Below, piece by piece: positions 1-10,583 of a DNA stretch of 64,000 bases. A program made the position numbers and the translations under genes. The stretch lies in the IMG/VR virus record IMGVR_UViG_2974557979_000001. The stretch is one strand, 5' to 3'. Within the stretch, counting starts at the first letter, position 1; the number at the start of each line of letters is the position of its first letter. The notes below the pieces were generated by a model that saw only the letters and a program-made list of their open reading frames with translations, did not search any database and was not told where the DNA came from. The stretch comes from a virus (lineage: Duplodnaviria > Heunggongvirae > Uroviricota > Caudoviricetes > Straboviridae).

Positions 1-1
1 T

Positions 2-1663
2 GTACAGTCTGCTCAAGAACTGGGATATATGCCAGATTCGCGCACGGCTGCAAGTACAGCAGTTATGATTACGGCTGCTAACCCACTGACCCCAACATCG
101 ATCCGTATCCCGCGCGGTACAAAATTCATCGGTACTGTAAAGAATACAGACAGTTATTCTTTTGTTGTATCAGATGACGTTGTTATCGTTCGTGATAGTA
201 ATAACAACTATACATCAATGCTGAACCTGGTGCAAGGCCGTTTAGTTCGTACTGAACTAATTTATGACGGTTCGAGTATCCTGATCCGAGATCCAAACAT
301 TGACCGTAGTCAGGTACGTTTAACTGTAAACGGCGCACAATGGGACGACTGGACAAACGAAAGCATTGTAAACGCAACAGGCGCAAGCACGATTTACTAC
401 ATGCGTGAAACTGTTGATGGACATACCGAAGTTTATTTCGGTGAAGGTGAAGCAAGTCAACAAGTGGCGGGTGGCGCACTAACCGCCGAATATATCGGGG
501 GCTTGAAACCTGCTAATGGTTCGACTATCGTTATTGAATATCTGTCAACCGATGGGGAAGCGGCTAACGGTGCAAAAGATTTTATCTATGTCGATACATT
601 AACCAATATTAGCATCACGGCGATTAAAGAGAACCCAACCAACACCCCTGATTATGTCGGTGCTGATGGTGGTGGTGACCCGGAAGATATCGAGCGTATT
701 CGAGAACTAGCCCCTGTTATGCGTGAAACACAACGCCGTTGTGTAACTGCATCGGATTATGAATCCTTCCTGTCTCACAGATTTGGTTCTATCATCCAGG
801 CGGTACAGTGCTTTACTGATAACGAAAAACCCGGTTATGCTTTCATTTCTGTTAAACCAAAGTCAGGTTTGCGCCTAACATCGGTACAGAAAGAAGATAT
901 GCAAACGTATCTTTCGAAATATAACCTCGCGACGATCACCCCGTCGATTATGGATCCTAACTATCTGTATATTGTGCAATCTGTAAAAGTAACGTATGAT
1001 ATCAGTAAGTTGACGGAATCAGAGGAATGGTTACGCGGTCAGGTTATTTCGTCGATCGACTCTTACTATACTGACAACGTTGAAATTTTCAACAAATCTT
1101 TCAGTGTATCTAAGATGTTGACTTATGTCGATCAGTCTGATACCTCTATTATCGGTTCGGAAGCAGATATTAAATTGCTCCGTGAAATTGACAACTATTA
1201 CAGTGCTCCTATGTCTGGGATCCATTTCTTGAACCAGGTGGAATCGAAATCAATCATTTCCAGTACGTTCAAGTTCACCAACGAAGAAGACGAAAGTTAT
1301 GTTGTTCGTTATGCTTCTACGGAAATGGATCGGGATGGTAACGCAAAAATTGTAATAGGCCCGTTCAAGGATGGGGATATTTCGATCGCTGCTTATACAG
1401 GTGATGACTTTGAAAAATTAACAGATGCAGGAACCCGTAATAAATATTACGAAGTAGGATCGGTGTCTCATTATACCGATTTCATTAGCTTTGATCTGGG
1501 CGTTCTGAACGTATCCGCCGATAGTTTCAGTGCTGCTTATATCGAGCTAACCGCAAAGCCTCTCGAAGAAACCATTTTTACTCGCGATGGATCGTTGATC
1601 GTGTTTGAAAATGACCTACGTCCTCAATACACCACATTGACTATGAATCCTATCAGTCAATAA
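2..1663 (+). CDS. 6: Baseplate wedge subunit gp6 (5'-truncated by window edge)
   Basis: Frame is open from base 2 (VQSAQELGYMP...). Baseplate-J-like motifs GGGDPEDIERIRELAP and RCVTASDY; lies directly upstream of gp7. Confidence 0.93.
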   Translation, partial: VQSAQELGYMPDSRTAASTAVMITAANPLTPTSIRIPRGTKFIGTVKNTDSYSFVVSDDVVIVRDSNNNYTSMLNLVQGRLVRTELIYDGSSILIRDPNIDRSQVRLTVNGAQWDDWTNESIVNATGASTIYYMRETVDGHTEVYFGEGEASQQVAGGALTAEYIGGLKPANGSTIVIEYLSTDGEAANGAKDFIYVDTLTNISITAIKENPTNTPDYVGADGGGDPEDIERIRELAPVMRETQRRCVTASDYESFLSHRFGSIIQAVQCFTDNEKPGYAFISVKPKSGLRLTSVQKEDMQTYLSKYNLATITPSIMDPNYLYIVQSVKVTYDISKLTESEEWLRGQVISSIDSYYTDNVEIFNKSFSVSKMLTYVDQSDTSIIGSEADIKLLREIDNYYSAPMSGIHFLNQVESKSIISSTFKFTNEEDESYVVRYASTEMDRDGNAKIVIGPFKDGDISIAAYTGDDFEKLTDAGTRNKYYEVGSVSHYTDFISFDLGVLNVSADSFSAAYIELTAKPLEETIFTRDGSLIVFENDLRPQYTTLTMNPISQ

Positions 1664-1669
1664 TCGTTA

Positions 1670-1700
1670 ACCCCTGTCTTCGGATAGGGGTTTTTCTTTT
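1670..1700 (+). terminator. Rho-independent terminator after gene 6
   Basis: ACCCCTGTC-TTCG-GATAGGGGT followed by TTTTCTTTT. Confidence 0.85.
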
Positions 1701-1708
1701 TATAAATA
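1701..1708 (+). promoter_or_regulatory. T4-type late promoter for gene 7
   Basis: Exact TATAAATA upstream of GGAGA RBS and ATG 1744. Confidence 0.85.
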
Positions 1709-1743
1709 CGTGATATACATAACCGCAAATTTGGAGAAATATA

Positions 1744-4700
1744 ATGATTAAAGCGCCTTCGATTACGAGTTTGCGCGTTGATAAGCTGGCTGCTAACTTC
1801 GTTTACCTTAAATGGGATGATGTTGGCATGGATTTCTATTATGTGGTTGAATTGGCCCGTAGCCGTGATATGGACGGAACTATTATTCCAGACGAAGAGT
1901 TAATCTGGACGCAGTTGGGTTATAGCTACGAAAACGAATGGTTTAGCGATCAGGTTGCCCCAAATACACGTTATAAATTCCGTATTCAAACAACTCATGA
2001 AGGGTTTGAACCTTCTGATTGGGTGATCAGCGATGAATTATGGACGTTTGATGAGAACGCCTACGCATATACAACCATGCGTGAATTCACCCCTGCTGAT
2101 TCGTTTATCAATGAAAAATTCGCCAAAAACAATCGTGATTACGTCGATTTTAACGATGATGTTATTATGGCTTCTCTGATGGTTGAGGATTTTGTATACT
2201 CTCCCCTGTATTCTGATGTAAGCCAGATCAGCGATAAGATCCTGAAACAAGAAAGCTACCATGAAATTCAAGATCACATCGAACACGTTTGTAATGATAT
2301 AGATCGCACGTTCCTGGTATACTCAAACGGATTGCTTTACCTGTTTGAACGTTTTCAGAATATGGCTAAAGTGTCAAATGACAAAGGCCAAACGTGGTAT
2401 TACTACAAAGCATTAAACGATCGTGTAGGCAATCCGGTTTCCCGTACCGTTGCTTATCAGAGCGCTAACACTACGTATGTGTTAGGATACGATCGCATAT
2501 TTTACGGGCGCACGTCAACAGATATTCGTTGGTCTTCTGATGAAGTTCGTTTTTCTGCTGATGATGTAACGTTTGCGAAGCTGGGGAACCAGTCAGGGTT
2601 AGATTTTGATGTTGATTCATACAACACGTATGCGCGTCTACCGGGCGGAGTGTCGAAGTATGCCGAAGCTATAGCTTGTTCTAGTGATTGGCTCTACGTG
2701 GCTGCTAAGAACGTTATGCGCCGTATTGCGTTACGTAACACACCAATTGATACTGATCCTGGTTCTCCGACCTTTGGTGAACGTATTTTTGATGAAGTTT
2801 CATATACCATCGTACCAGGAAATGATAAAATTGTTGTTAAAAAAATGGACGTGCTGAATGACCGTCTATACGTTCTGGTAACTGGTGAAGTTAAAACGGC
2901 GATGATGGATCCGACTGTCAAGGCTAACGTGATCCCATCAAACGATGCTGGCGTTTATCTGTGGGATGAGAATGCAAAGACGTTTACCCGTGTTTATGGT
3001 AAAACCGAAGATGAACGTTTTTATATCACTCATGAATATACCAATATGTCAACCAATGGCGATGAAGTTTACATTTCTGTTGGTAACTACAAATATCCAG
3101 GCACTTTGCCAGATCCAGATCTGGTTGAAAAGTATCCGGAAGATGTGCATTCAGCGGTGAAATACGATCTTGTTCCTGGTTATACTGCGAGCATTTCGAT
3201 TAACTTTGCTACAGTTCGTGCAAATCAGAACGATCCTACAGTATGGAACTTTGGGCCGCAAGAGTACTACAATGAAGCAAACTTTAGCTGGCATTTCCGC
3301 GATAAGGTTAGCACATGGATCACCAATGATAACCGTCCTCTGGTGGTTTATCCGGAAACCCTGTATACTCTGGTTACTGATAGCGCGTCTCCTGCGTCAA
3401 CGATTCGTGTAAACCATGAAGTTTGGGACAAAGGAACAGTTACTATCTACTTGAATAATATCAAGTTTACTGGTTTTACGAAGTACACAAACGGTGTTCT
3501 GTTGTATCGCTCAGGTGGTAGGATAATTGGATTCTATGAACTGTCATACCGCGCAAGGGATGAACTCACTATTTTCTGGAAACCCGATAACACTTTAATG
3601 GTGGCAAGTCTGGTTAATCAGGAACGTGAAAACCCATATACGCCGGATATTGAACCTGGATTAATCGACCCTGATCTGAGTCACATGATCACTCGTTTTG
3701 CTCCGCAAAGCTATCTGGACAACCAACAGTTCGAAAAATTTGGTGAATACTATCTGCAATACATTTCGTTGGGAAGCAACAGTTACTATAACAAATTGCT
3801 GAACCTCATCCGGAACAAGTATCCGAGAGAGAAAAACAACGTTGAATATTTGTGGTCTGAAATTAACCGCCGTAACATTTACCTGGATAAAACCAAACGT
3901 GAGGCAGTGGTTAGATTTTTCGAATCACGTGCAAGTGATTTCTATTCAACAAAAGGGATCGAAGCAAGTTATACGTTCCTGTTTAAATTGCTGTATAACG
4001 AAGATGTTTCCGTTGAGATCGAAAGCTCCAACAGTCTCGAATATGATATTTTGGTTAGTTCAACAAATATCAGTCAGGATATCGTAGGCCGGACGATCTA
4101 TACACCAACTGGACGCGCTAACGTTACATACATCGAACGTGACTATGAAAATGGTCAATTGCGTTGGTCAATGACTCTGCATAATGCTCAAGGTAACTTT
4201 ATCGAAGGGCAGGTTGTCAAGTCAGAAAAAACCAATTTCACCGGAATGGTAATTCGTGGTGTTCGCGGTAAACAAATGGCTAACAACTCGATCGACTATA
4301 TCAACCGTGGACGATCTTACTATGTGATGAAAATTCGTTCAAATCTACCGACTTCCCGTTATAAGGATGACGTATTGAGGTTTGTTCATCCGGTAGGATT
4401 CGGCTTTATGGGTATTACGATGTTAACAGTATTCATCAACTCTGGTTTGTCAATGACTCATAACGAGACAATCATTGATATTCTGAGAAACTACCGCTTC
4501 GATAGTGGTTATCCTAAGTTCTGGCCTGATCGCATTGCGAGTATGGACGGTAACGGAAACCAACAATTCGACCTGGTTACTGGTGAACCTCTGTACACCG
4601 TACACCCGCGAGCGGGGGAACCTTTTGATGTACCTCCGGAATATGACATTGAAGAAAAACCGCTTAACGGTGTTCTTCCTTCTGCGCGACGGTTCGATCA

Positions 4701-4830
4701 AAGTCCGTTGTTCGATTGCTCAGGCGTTAAATATTCACAGTTCCGTAATTTGGTGGATAAACGACTGAAAGATGATGCAGGAAACCCACGTGATCCAAAT
4801 CCTCCATCACAGATTAAGGTAGGAAATTAA
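1744..4830 (+). CDS. 7: Baseplate wedge initiator gp7
   Basis: 1028 aa, N-terminus MIKAPSITSLRVDKLAANFVYLKWDDVG, C-terminal HPVGFGFMGIT; synteny 6-7-8. Confidence 0.95.
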   Translation: MIKAPSITSLRVDKLAANFVYLKWDDVGMDFYYVVELARSRDMDGTIIPDEELIWTQLGYSYENEWFSDQVAPNTRYKFRIQTTHEGFEPSDWVISDELWTFDENAYAYTTMREFTPADSFINEKFAKNNRDYVDFNDDVIMASLMVEDFVYSPLYSDVSQISDKILKQESYHEIQDHIEHVCNDIDRTFLVYSNGLLYLFERFQNMAKVSNDKGQTWYYYKALNDRVGNPVSRTVAYQSANTTYVLGYDRIFYGRTSTDIRWSSDEVRFSADDVTFAKLGNQSGLDFDVDSYNTYARLPGGVSKYAEAIACSSDWLYVAAKNVMRRIALRNTPIDTDPGSPTFGERIFDEVSYTIVPGNDKIVVKKMDVLNDRLYVLVTGEVKTAMMDPTVKANVIPSNDAGVYLWDENAKTFTRVYGKTEDERFYITHEYTNMSTNGDEVYISVGNYKYPGTLPDPDLVEKYPEDVHSAVKYDLVPGYTASISINFATVRANQNDPTVWNFGPQEYYNEANFSWHFRDKVSTWITNDNRPLVVYPETLYTLVTDSASPASTIRVNHEVWDKGTVTIYLNNIKFTGFTKYTNGVLLYRSGGRIIGFYELSYRARDELTIFWKPDNTLMVASLVNQERENPYTPDIEPGLIDPDLSHMITRFAPQSYLDNQQFEKFGEYYLQYISLGSNSYYNKLLNLIRNKYPREKNNVEYLWSEINRRNIYLDKTKREAVVRFFESRASDFYSTKGIEASYTFLFKLLYNEDVSVEIESSNSLEYDILVSSTNISQDIVGRTIYTPTGRANVTYIERDYENGQLRWSMTLHNAQGNFIEGQVVKSEKTNFTGMVIRGVRGKQMANNSIDYINRGRSYYVMKIRSNLPTSRYKDDVLRFVHPVGFGFMGITMLTVFINSGLSMTHNETIIDILRNYRFDSGYPKFWPDRIASMDGNGNQQFDLVTGEPLYTVHPRAGEPFDVPPEYDIEEKPLNGVLPSARRFDQSPLFDCSGVKYSQFRNLVDKRLKDDAGNPRDPNPPSQIKVGN

Positions 4831-5823
4831 ATGGCACAACAAAACTTGTATCGGTCGGTAATTACTGCAAAATTCCGAACCGAAAACTTGATGAACTTCA
4901 AAGATATGATCGGCGATGCCGCCGATCTAAACACGATTTATATGTCTATTGGGCGAACTGAATCATGGGCGGATAACGAATCCGACCCTAACTTCGCCCC
5001 GCCATATCCAAATGATAGCACCGATGGTGTTAGTGATATGTGGACGCATATGATCGGGGCTACTAAAGTTCCTGGTGATATGATAGATGCAATTTTACCA
5101 CGTAAAGACTGGGGTGATACTCGTTATCCAAACCCGAAAATCTTTTACTTTAACGATATTGTCGTTGTAAACACCGCGCCTTATAACCGTACTGATCCGG
5201 GTAAAGGTTGGATGGTTTATCGTGTGGTTGATGTTCCTGATATCGGTTCTTGCTCCATTTCGAGCATTACCGGAAAACTTGAATGTATCAGGATCGGCGG
5301 TATCTGGAGTCCGTCTCATGAATCTAGTGAACCTCCACGCGGAGAAGCTAACGGGATCGACATGGGCGACGGTTATAAATGGGAATACCTCTACACAATC
5401 CCGCCAGATGTCGTGATCAACCGCTGTACAAACGAACATATCGTAGTTCCTTTCCCTGGCGAACTGGAAGAGGATCCGGTACGTTGGGGTTATGATAACG
5501 TGATTCAATGGTATCCAGGACAATACGATCTAGTGTATCGGTTGAAGGTGAATTCAATGCGTTTTCGTGCATACATGGATTCTCTTTTCTTCCCGCAATC
5601 TACGCTTCCTGGTAACAAAGGGTTCCGTCAGATAAGTATTATTGTAAACCCGTTGATTAAAAAGGCAAGCCCGACCGAACCTGAAAAGAAAGCAACTGGT
5701 GATTACTATAATGCTAACGCGCTTGAACCTGATTCCGGACGTATGATTTACATGGAAAACAGACAACCTATTATTCGCTCCCTTGATCAGACCGAGGAAG
5801 TGAGTATTGTATTCGAATTCTAA
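4831..5823 (+). CDS. 8: Baseplate wedge subunit gp8
   Basis: 330 aa, YRSVITAKFRTENLMNF, GDGYKWEYLYTIP, IYMENRQPI motifs. Confidence 0.95.
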   Translation: MAQQNLYRSVITAKFRTENLMNFKDMIGDAADLNTIYMSIGRTESWADNESDPNFAPPYPNDSTDGVSDMWTHMIGATKVPGDMIDAILPRKDWGDTRYPNPKIFYFNDIVVVNTAPYNRTDPGKGWMVYRVVDVPDIGSCSISSITGKLECIRIGGIWSPSHESSEPPRGEANGIDMGDGYKWEYLYTIPPDVVINRCTNEHIVVPFPGELEEDPVRWGYDNVIQWYPGQYDLVYRLKVNSMRFRAYMDSLFFPQSTLPGNKGFRQISIIVNPLIKKASPTEPEKKATGDYYNANALEPDSGRMIYMENRQPIIRSLDQTEEVSIVFEF

Positions 5824-5832
5824 GGAAAAACA

Positions 5833-6696
5833 ATGGCTTACCAAACAGCAAAAAAACTAATTGATGTCGGTGAAATCGGCAACCCATCAACAGGCGACCC
5901 GCTTTATGATGGTGGTGTTAAACTGAACGAAATGATCACCAACGTTTATAATGCGTTTGGTGATGTGCGTATGCTGTCTGCAAACGAAGGTGTCGGTAAC
6001 ATGGTGATCCATGCTACCGGATACTATCAGAAACTACCACGCACTTACTATTCAAGCACACCGATCGAACTGGGTTCCCTGCACGACATAGATACTTCAA
6101 CAGGTTCGATTACCGTTGTTCTTCCTTCTGGTAAGGTTGGCGAAGGTTGCTACTTCATAAATAGTACGGGTAGTGTCTCTGTTGATCGTCCTATCGCGTT
6201 TCGTCCTCAAGTTGGGGATACTATCGCGGGGGTTGCAGACCAGTTGTATATCACGTCACCTTACACCTTTGTAAAAATCTGGTGTACCAAAAAAGAAGGT
6301 GCGGTAACAAAATGGGATTATTCTGTAGAATCTATGTTCGGTTCTAAAACGATGCCTGTTGACACTACGGCGCTTGTACTGAAAGCAAACCCGACTGCTA
6401 TTCCTATGTTCGGATATAGCGAATTTAGCGGGGCTAAGGTGCTTGTATACGCAGAAAACTTAGCTGGTACAGTTACCAAAATGGCAGAAGTTTTAATGAC
6501 CGTGGATCGTGTACACAAAACGATTTATTCAACGGAATACGCTATTTTGAAAAACAGTGAAGATGAAATGTTTACATTAAACTTTACTGTCGGTGCTGGT
6601 GATGTCGTATACGCTAACGTGCAAGCGATCAAAGAAGATCGAATTAAATTCACGATTAAAGCAATAGATACGATTAAATCAGGGATCGCGTCATGA
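5833..6696 (+). CDS. 9: Baseplate wedge / long tail fibre connector gp9
   Basis: 287 aa, KKLIDVGEIGNPSTGDPLYDGGVKLN N-terminal motif shared with gp10. Confidence 0.95.
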   Translation: MAYQTAKKLIDVGEIGNPSTGDPLYDGGVKLNEMITNVYNAFGDVRMLSANEGVGNMVIHATGYYQKLPRTYYSSTPIELGSLHDIDTSTGSITVVLPSGKVGEGCYFINSTGSVSVDRPIAFRPQVGDTIAGVADQLYITSPYTFVKIWCTKKEGAVTKWDYSVESMFGSKTMPVDTTALVLKANPTAIPMFGYSEFSGAKVLVYAENLAGTVTKMAEVLMTVDRVHKTIYSTEYAILKNSEDEMFTLNFTVGAGDVVYANVQAIKEDRIKFTIKAIDTIKSGIAS

Positions 6697-8510
6697 AACA
6701 AGAAATTTTAATAGGTCAGATTGTAGACGATGGTACAGGCGATTACCTGCGTCGAGGTGGTCAAAAGACTAACAACAACTTTACAGAATTGTATAACATG
6801 CTGGGGGATGGTGAGATCCCCCATCCAGCAGGTGCCTGGAAAACTTTTGCGGGTACGACGCTATCACCAAAATTTGGTGAATCATGGGCGTTGAATACCA
6901 GTGCAAACAAAATCACCGTAAACCTCCCGAAAGGCGGCGTAGGCGATTATAACAAGGTTATTCGTCTGCGTGATGTGTGGTCGCGTTGGGCTACCAACAA
7001 CGTTAGACTGATCCCCGCAACTGGTGATACTATCAAAGGTTCCCCAACTCCTAAAGATCTGTTTAAAGATTTTATGGATGTGGAATTGGTGTATTGTTCT
7101 CCGGGCCGTTGGGAATACGTCGAAAACAAACAGATTGACAAAATCACAACTTCGGATCTGGCAACAGTAGCAAAAGAAACGTATATTGCTACTCAGGGAC
7201 AAACTGACTTCCCTAACGTATTCGGTGTTGGTAATGAATACAACCTGCAATCGTTCGAAGTTTACTATCGCGGTAACTTGCTGTTCATCGATGAGAAAGA
7301 CGGATTCAATGCTGATAACTCAGACTATGGATCGATTGGCTCTGCTCCTGGTGAACTGGTTGCACTTGATGGTAATTCAGTACGTCTTAAAAACCCGTGT
7401 AACGCTGGTGACACGCTTCAATTTGTTACCTATCTAGATGGGTTAGCAACATGGCGTTCGAGCTATGAAGCGTATGTGATGCGCATGTATCAGACTGGTG
7501 ATACTTCTCTGGAAACCGTTCCTGGTGAACAGTGGGTAGGTGATCTGGCAACCAAAAAAGAGTTTACACCTGCTGAATTTGGTGTTAACCCTCGCGTGTT
7601 GATTAACCCTAACTCGTTTGAACTGCTTCTCAACGGTAAACAACTGGTTAAAGGCGGTGACGCTGACTATCCGGCGTTTTCCTGTGAAGGTGCGGAAGGT
7701 GTTGATGAAAGTACGTGTGTTGGTAACTCTGGTGTATGGGTTCCGTCAGGACAGGATTATAGTTTAGTATTCACTGATTCTGTAGTGACTTCAATCAAGT
7801 TTGCTCAGGAACTGGAATCCGGCGACGTTGTAACGATCCGTTGGTTTAACAATGATATTGGTACTCTGATGGATTGGGAAGGAACTGGCGGTATTAAAGA
7901 AAAAGCTGATAAGGTTTATCTCAATAACGAAGAAGAAGTTATATTGACGAACCGTATCGAATATACCGATTATAATAACCCTTCTCAGAAAACAATGCGT
8001 AATACAGGGGAAACCTATCAGGGGCGTATTCTGGATATTCAGGCTATGTTTGATATTATCCACCCGATCGGAACCATCTATGAAAACGCACACAACCCGG
8101 CAAACCCTGCTGATTATATGGGATTTGGTGGTTGGAAACGTTACGCAGAAGGTTATTTCCTGGCTGGCTGGACATCAAATGCAACGGATCCTGATTTCGC
8201 ATTAAACAATAATGATTTAGATAGTGGTGGTCAACCGAGTCATACGGCAGGTGGTACTGGTGGCGATCGTGGTACAGAAATCAAAATCATCAACGTTCCT
8301 GAACTTGTATCAAAAGATAAAGTTCTTATTGCTGATGAAAATGGTGCTGTGATCATTGGTGGTTGTCAGTTAGATCCTGATGCTTCTGGCCCTGGATACA
8401 CTAAATACCGTGAGGATACATTGAAAGTGAATCATGGTAACACATTACCTGATAAAATCAAAACTATTCCACCGTATATGACTGCACATCGCTGGATAAG
8501 GGTTGCATAA
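6693..8510 (+). CDS. 10: Baseplate wedge subunit and tail pin gp10
   Basis: 605 aa, MKQEILIGQIVDDGTGDYLRRGGQKTNNNF; C-terminal PPYMTAHRWIRVA. Confidence 0.95.
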   Translation: MKQEILIGQIVDDGTGDYLRRGGQKTNNNFTELYNMLGDGEIPHPAGAWKTFAGTTLSPKFGESWALNTSANKITVNLPKGGVGDYNKVIRLRDVWSRWATNNVRLIPATGDTIKGSPTPKDLFKDFMDVELVYCSPGRWEYVENKQIDKITTSDLATVAKETYIATQGQTDFPNVFGVGNEYNLQSFEVYYRGNLLFIDEKDGFNADNSDYGSIGSAPGELVALDGNSVRLKNPCNAGDTLQFVTYLDGLATWRSSYEAYVMRMYQTGDTSLETVPGEQWVGDLATKKEFTPAEFGVNPRVLINPNSFELLLNGKQLVKGGDADYPAFSCEGAEGVDESTCVGNSGVWVPSGQDYSLVFTDSVVTSIKFAQELESGDVVTIRWFNNDIGTLMDWEGTGGIKEKADKVYLNNEEEVILTNRIEYTDYNNPSQKTMRNTGETYQGRILDIQAMFDIIHPIGTIYENAHNPANPADYMGFGGWKRYAEGYFLAGWTSNATDPDFALNNNDLDSGGQPSHTAGGTGGDRGTEIKIINVPELVSKDKVLIADENGAVIIGGCQLDPDASGPGYTKYREDTLKVNHGNTLPDKIKTIPPYMTAHRWIRVA

Positions 8511-9178
8511 TGGCTTACAAAAATATTTCAAAAACAAGGGAGGGCGCTCGCGTCCTCTCTAAAGAAGCAGATTACTTACAGTATGATACTTATGGTAAGT
8601 TGCCTCTGATCGGCGGTAAACGTTCGATCGGCGAACCAAACATTGACCAAACAAAACGCGGTGTTCTGTATGGAAACGTACAATCCGCAATTGATGACCT
8701 GTATACGCTTATCGAGCAAATCCCGATTAACGGCGTTGTTACCATGACTGAGGATGCCCCTCCAATCGCTGTACAGCAGGTTGAGAGCGTTTCTTTTGAT
8801 GGTATTGTACAGAACATCGATTCAGACCAAGAACAGGCTGTAGTTCACGTGTACGGCTTTCCTTTCATCTTTGATAATGGGACTAACGCCGCAACTGTTT
8901 GTGAAACGGCATACAACAAATTTACTGAATTTGTTGCAGCGGAAAAATATTTCGCAGAAGTTAACCGTAAAGGTGTTGATGGTACGATCCTAGAATGTCG
9001 ATTTATTGATAGTGTTTCGCACCCGGCAACAAATATCTCCGAAAACGGTATTCGTCAAATCGGAACCATCGACGTAGCCGCAAAAAGTGGCTATGGTTCA
9101 TGGGTTAAGTTGGGTTCTGGTTTCTTACCTAATGTTACTCCGCAAGTAACCGTGTATTACTTCAAACGAATTGCATAA
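8510..9178 (+). CDS. 11: Baseplate wedge subunit gp11
   Basis: 222 aa between genes 10 and 12; KTREGARVLSKEADYLQY start, YYFKRIA end. Confidence 0.9.
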   Translation: MAYKNISKTREGARVLSKEADYLQYDTYGKLPLIGGKRSIGEPNIDQTKRGVLYGNVQSAIDDLYTLIEQIPINGVVTMTEDAPPIAVQQVESVSFDGIVQNIDSDQEQAVVHVYGFPFIFDNGTNAATVCETAYNKFTEFVAAEKYFAEVNRKGVDGTILECRFIDSVSHPATNISENGIRQIGTIDVAAKSGYGSWVKLGSGFLPNVTPQVTVYYFKRIA

Positions 9179-9187
9179 GGATAACAC

Positions 9188-10573
9188 ATGAGTAACAATA
9201 CAATCAACCACGTAAGTGATAAATCCATTTACGTGACATTTGACCCAACAGGTACTGATTGGCCTGATACCATAACCAACGTACAAGATGCGTTGGAAAA
9301 AATAGGTAGTTGGGCGCGTACTGATACTGGGCTTCCTATCGCAACAACTTCTGTTCGTGGTATTGCTCAGATCGCAACCGAAGCTGATATTGACGCTGGC
9401 ACGGATAACAATAAGATTGTTACTCCGAAACTGTTAGCATATCGTATGCAGAACCCTAAAGCATCACAAACCGTATGGGGTTATACGAAGTATTCGACTG
9501 ATGCGGAATCTACAACCGTAACTAACGATGCATCGTCTATTACTCCGCGATCTCTGAACTATGTGTTCAATAACCGTAAAGGTACAGAATCGGTTTGGGG
9601 TTCTTCTAAAATTGCCACCACTGCACAGGCGGTTGCTGGTACAGATAACACTGTAACTATGACTCCGCTTAAAGTCAAGCAAGCGATCGCGTCCCTGGTT
9701 CCGGTTCAGTCAAGCGCGACCGAAAGCTCGCAAGGTTTGGTACAACTGGCAACAGTTGCACAGGTTCAGGCTGGTACGATCCGTGAAGGGTATGCAATTT
9801 CACCTTATACGTTTATTCGTTTAACTGCAACTGAAAGCAACCTGGGCGTTATTCGTATCGCATCACAGGCAGAAGCAAACGCGGGTACTGATGACACCAA
9901 AGCGATTACTGCGAAAAAATTAATCAATACCCGTGCAACTGGATCTCAGTTCGGTGTTGTCAAATTAGCAACAACTGTTGGTTATGTGGCAAACACTGCA
10001 CTTTCTTCAAACGCTGCGGTATTACCTAGTGATCGAAATGCGGTAATTAACGGTTCTCTTTATGAGAATAGCGCAATATATAACAACAAATATCAGACGT
10101 GGACAGATCTTGATTGGCATTTCCCAGTAGGTGCTATTGTCATGACTGGTTTTCAGACTGACCACGGTAGTTTGTATATTTGTGATGGTCGCTCACTGAA
10201 TAAAAATAACTATCCGTTACTTTTTGAGCGTATAGGTTATACATTTGGTGGTGGCGGTGATTGGTTTAACCTTCCAGATTGTCGAGGCGTTGCAGTACGT
10301 GGTCATGACCGTGGGCGTGGACTAAACCCTAATCGTGGGTATGGTACATATGAAGGCGATATGTTGGGCTGGCATGAACACCCATTACAGCTTATCTACC
10401 AGAACGGCGGTAATATTCCTAAATGGCAAGCAGTTTACGAACTGAAAAGCGCCGAAAAGAATGACCAAAGCGCTCGCGTATTTGATGCTTCTATAACTAA
10501 AGCCACTGGTGTGGGTGGGGAAGAAACCCGCATGAAAAACATCGCATTAAACTACGTAATTCGTACTCAATAG
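9188..10573 (+). CDS. 12: Short tail fibre gp12
   Basis: MSNNTINHVSD start, repeated ATxxxxGxxxxAT/ITPxxL units, tail-collar motif CDGRSL...FNLPDCRG. Confidence 0.95.
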   Translation: MSNNTINHVSDKSIYVTFDPTGTDWPDTITNVQDALEKIGSWARTDTGLPIATTSVRGIAQIATEADIDAGTDNNKIVTPKLLAYRMQNPKASQTVWGYTKYSTDAESTTVTNDASSITPRSLNYVFNNRKGTESVWGSSKIATTAQAVAGTDNTVTMTPLKVKQAIASLVPVQSSATESSQGLVQLATVAQVQAGTIREGYAISPYTFIRLTATESNLGVIRIASQAEANAGTDDTKAITAKKLINTRATGSQFGVVKLATTVGYVANTALSSNAAVLPSDRNAVINGSLYENSAIYNNKYQTWTDLDWHFPVGAIVMTGFQTDHGSLYICDGRSLNKNNYPLLFERIGYTFGGGGDWFNLPDCRGVAVRGHDRGRGLNPNRGYGTYEGDMLGWHEHPLQLIYQNGGNIPKWQAVYELKSAEKNDQSARVFDASITKATGVGGEETRMKNIALNYVIRTQ

Positions 10574-10583
10574 AGGTTATTAA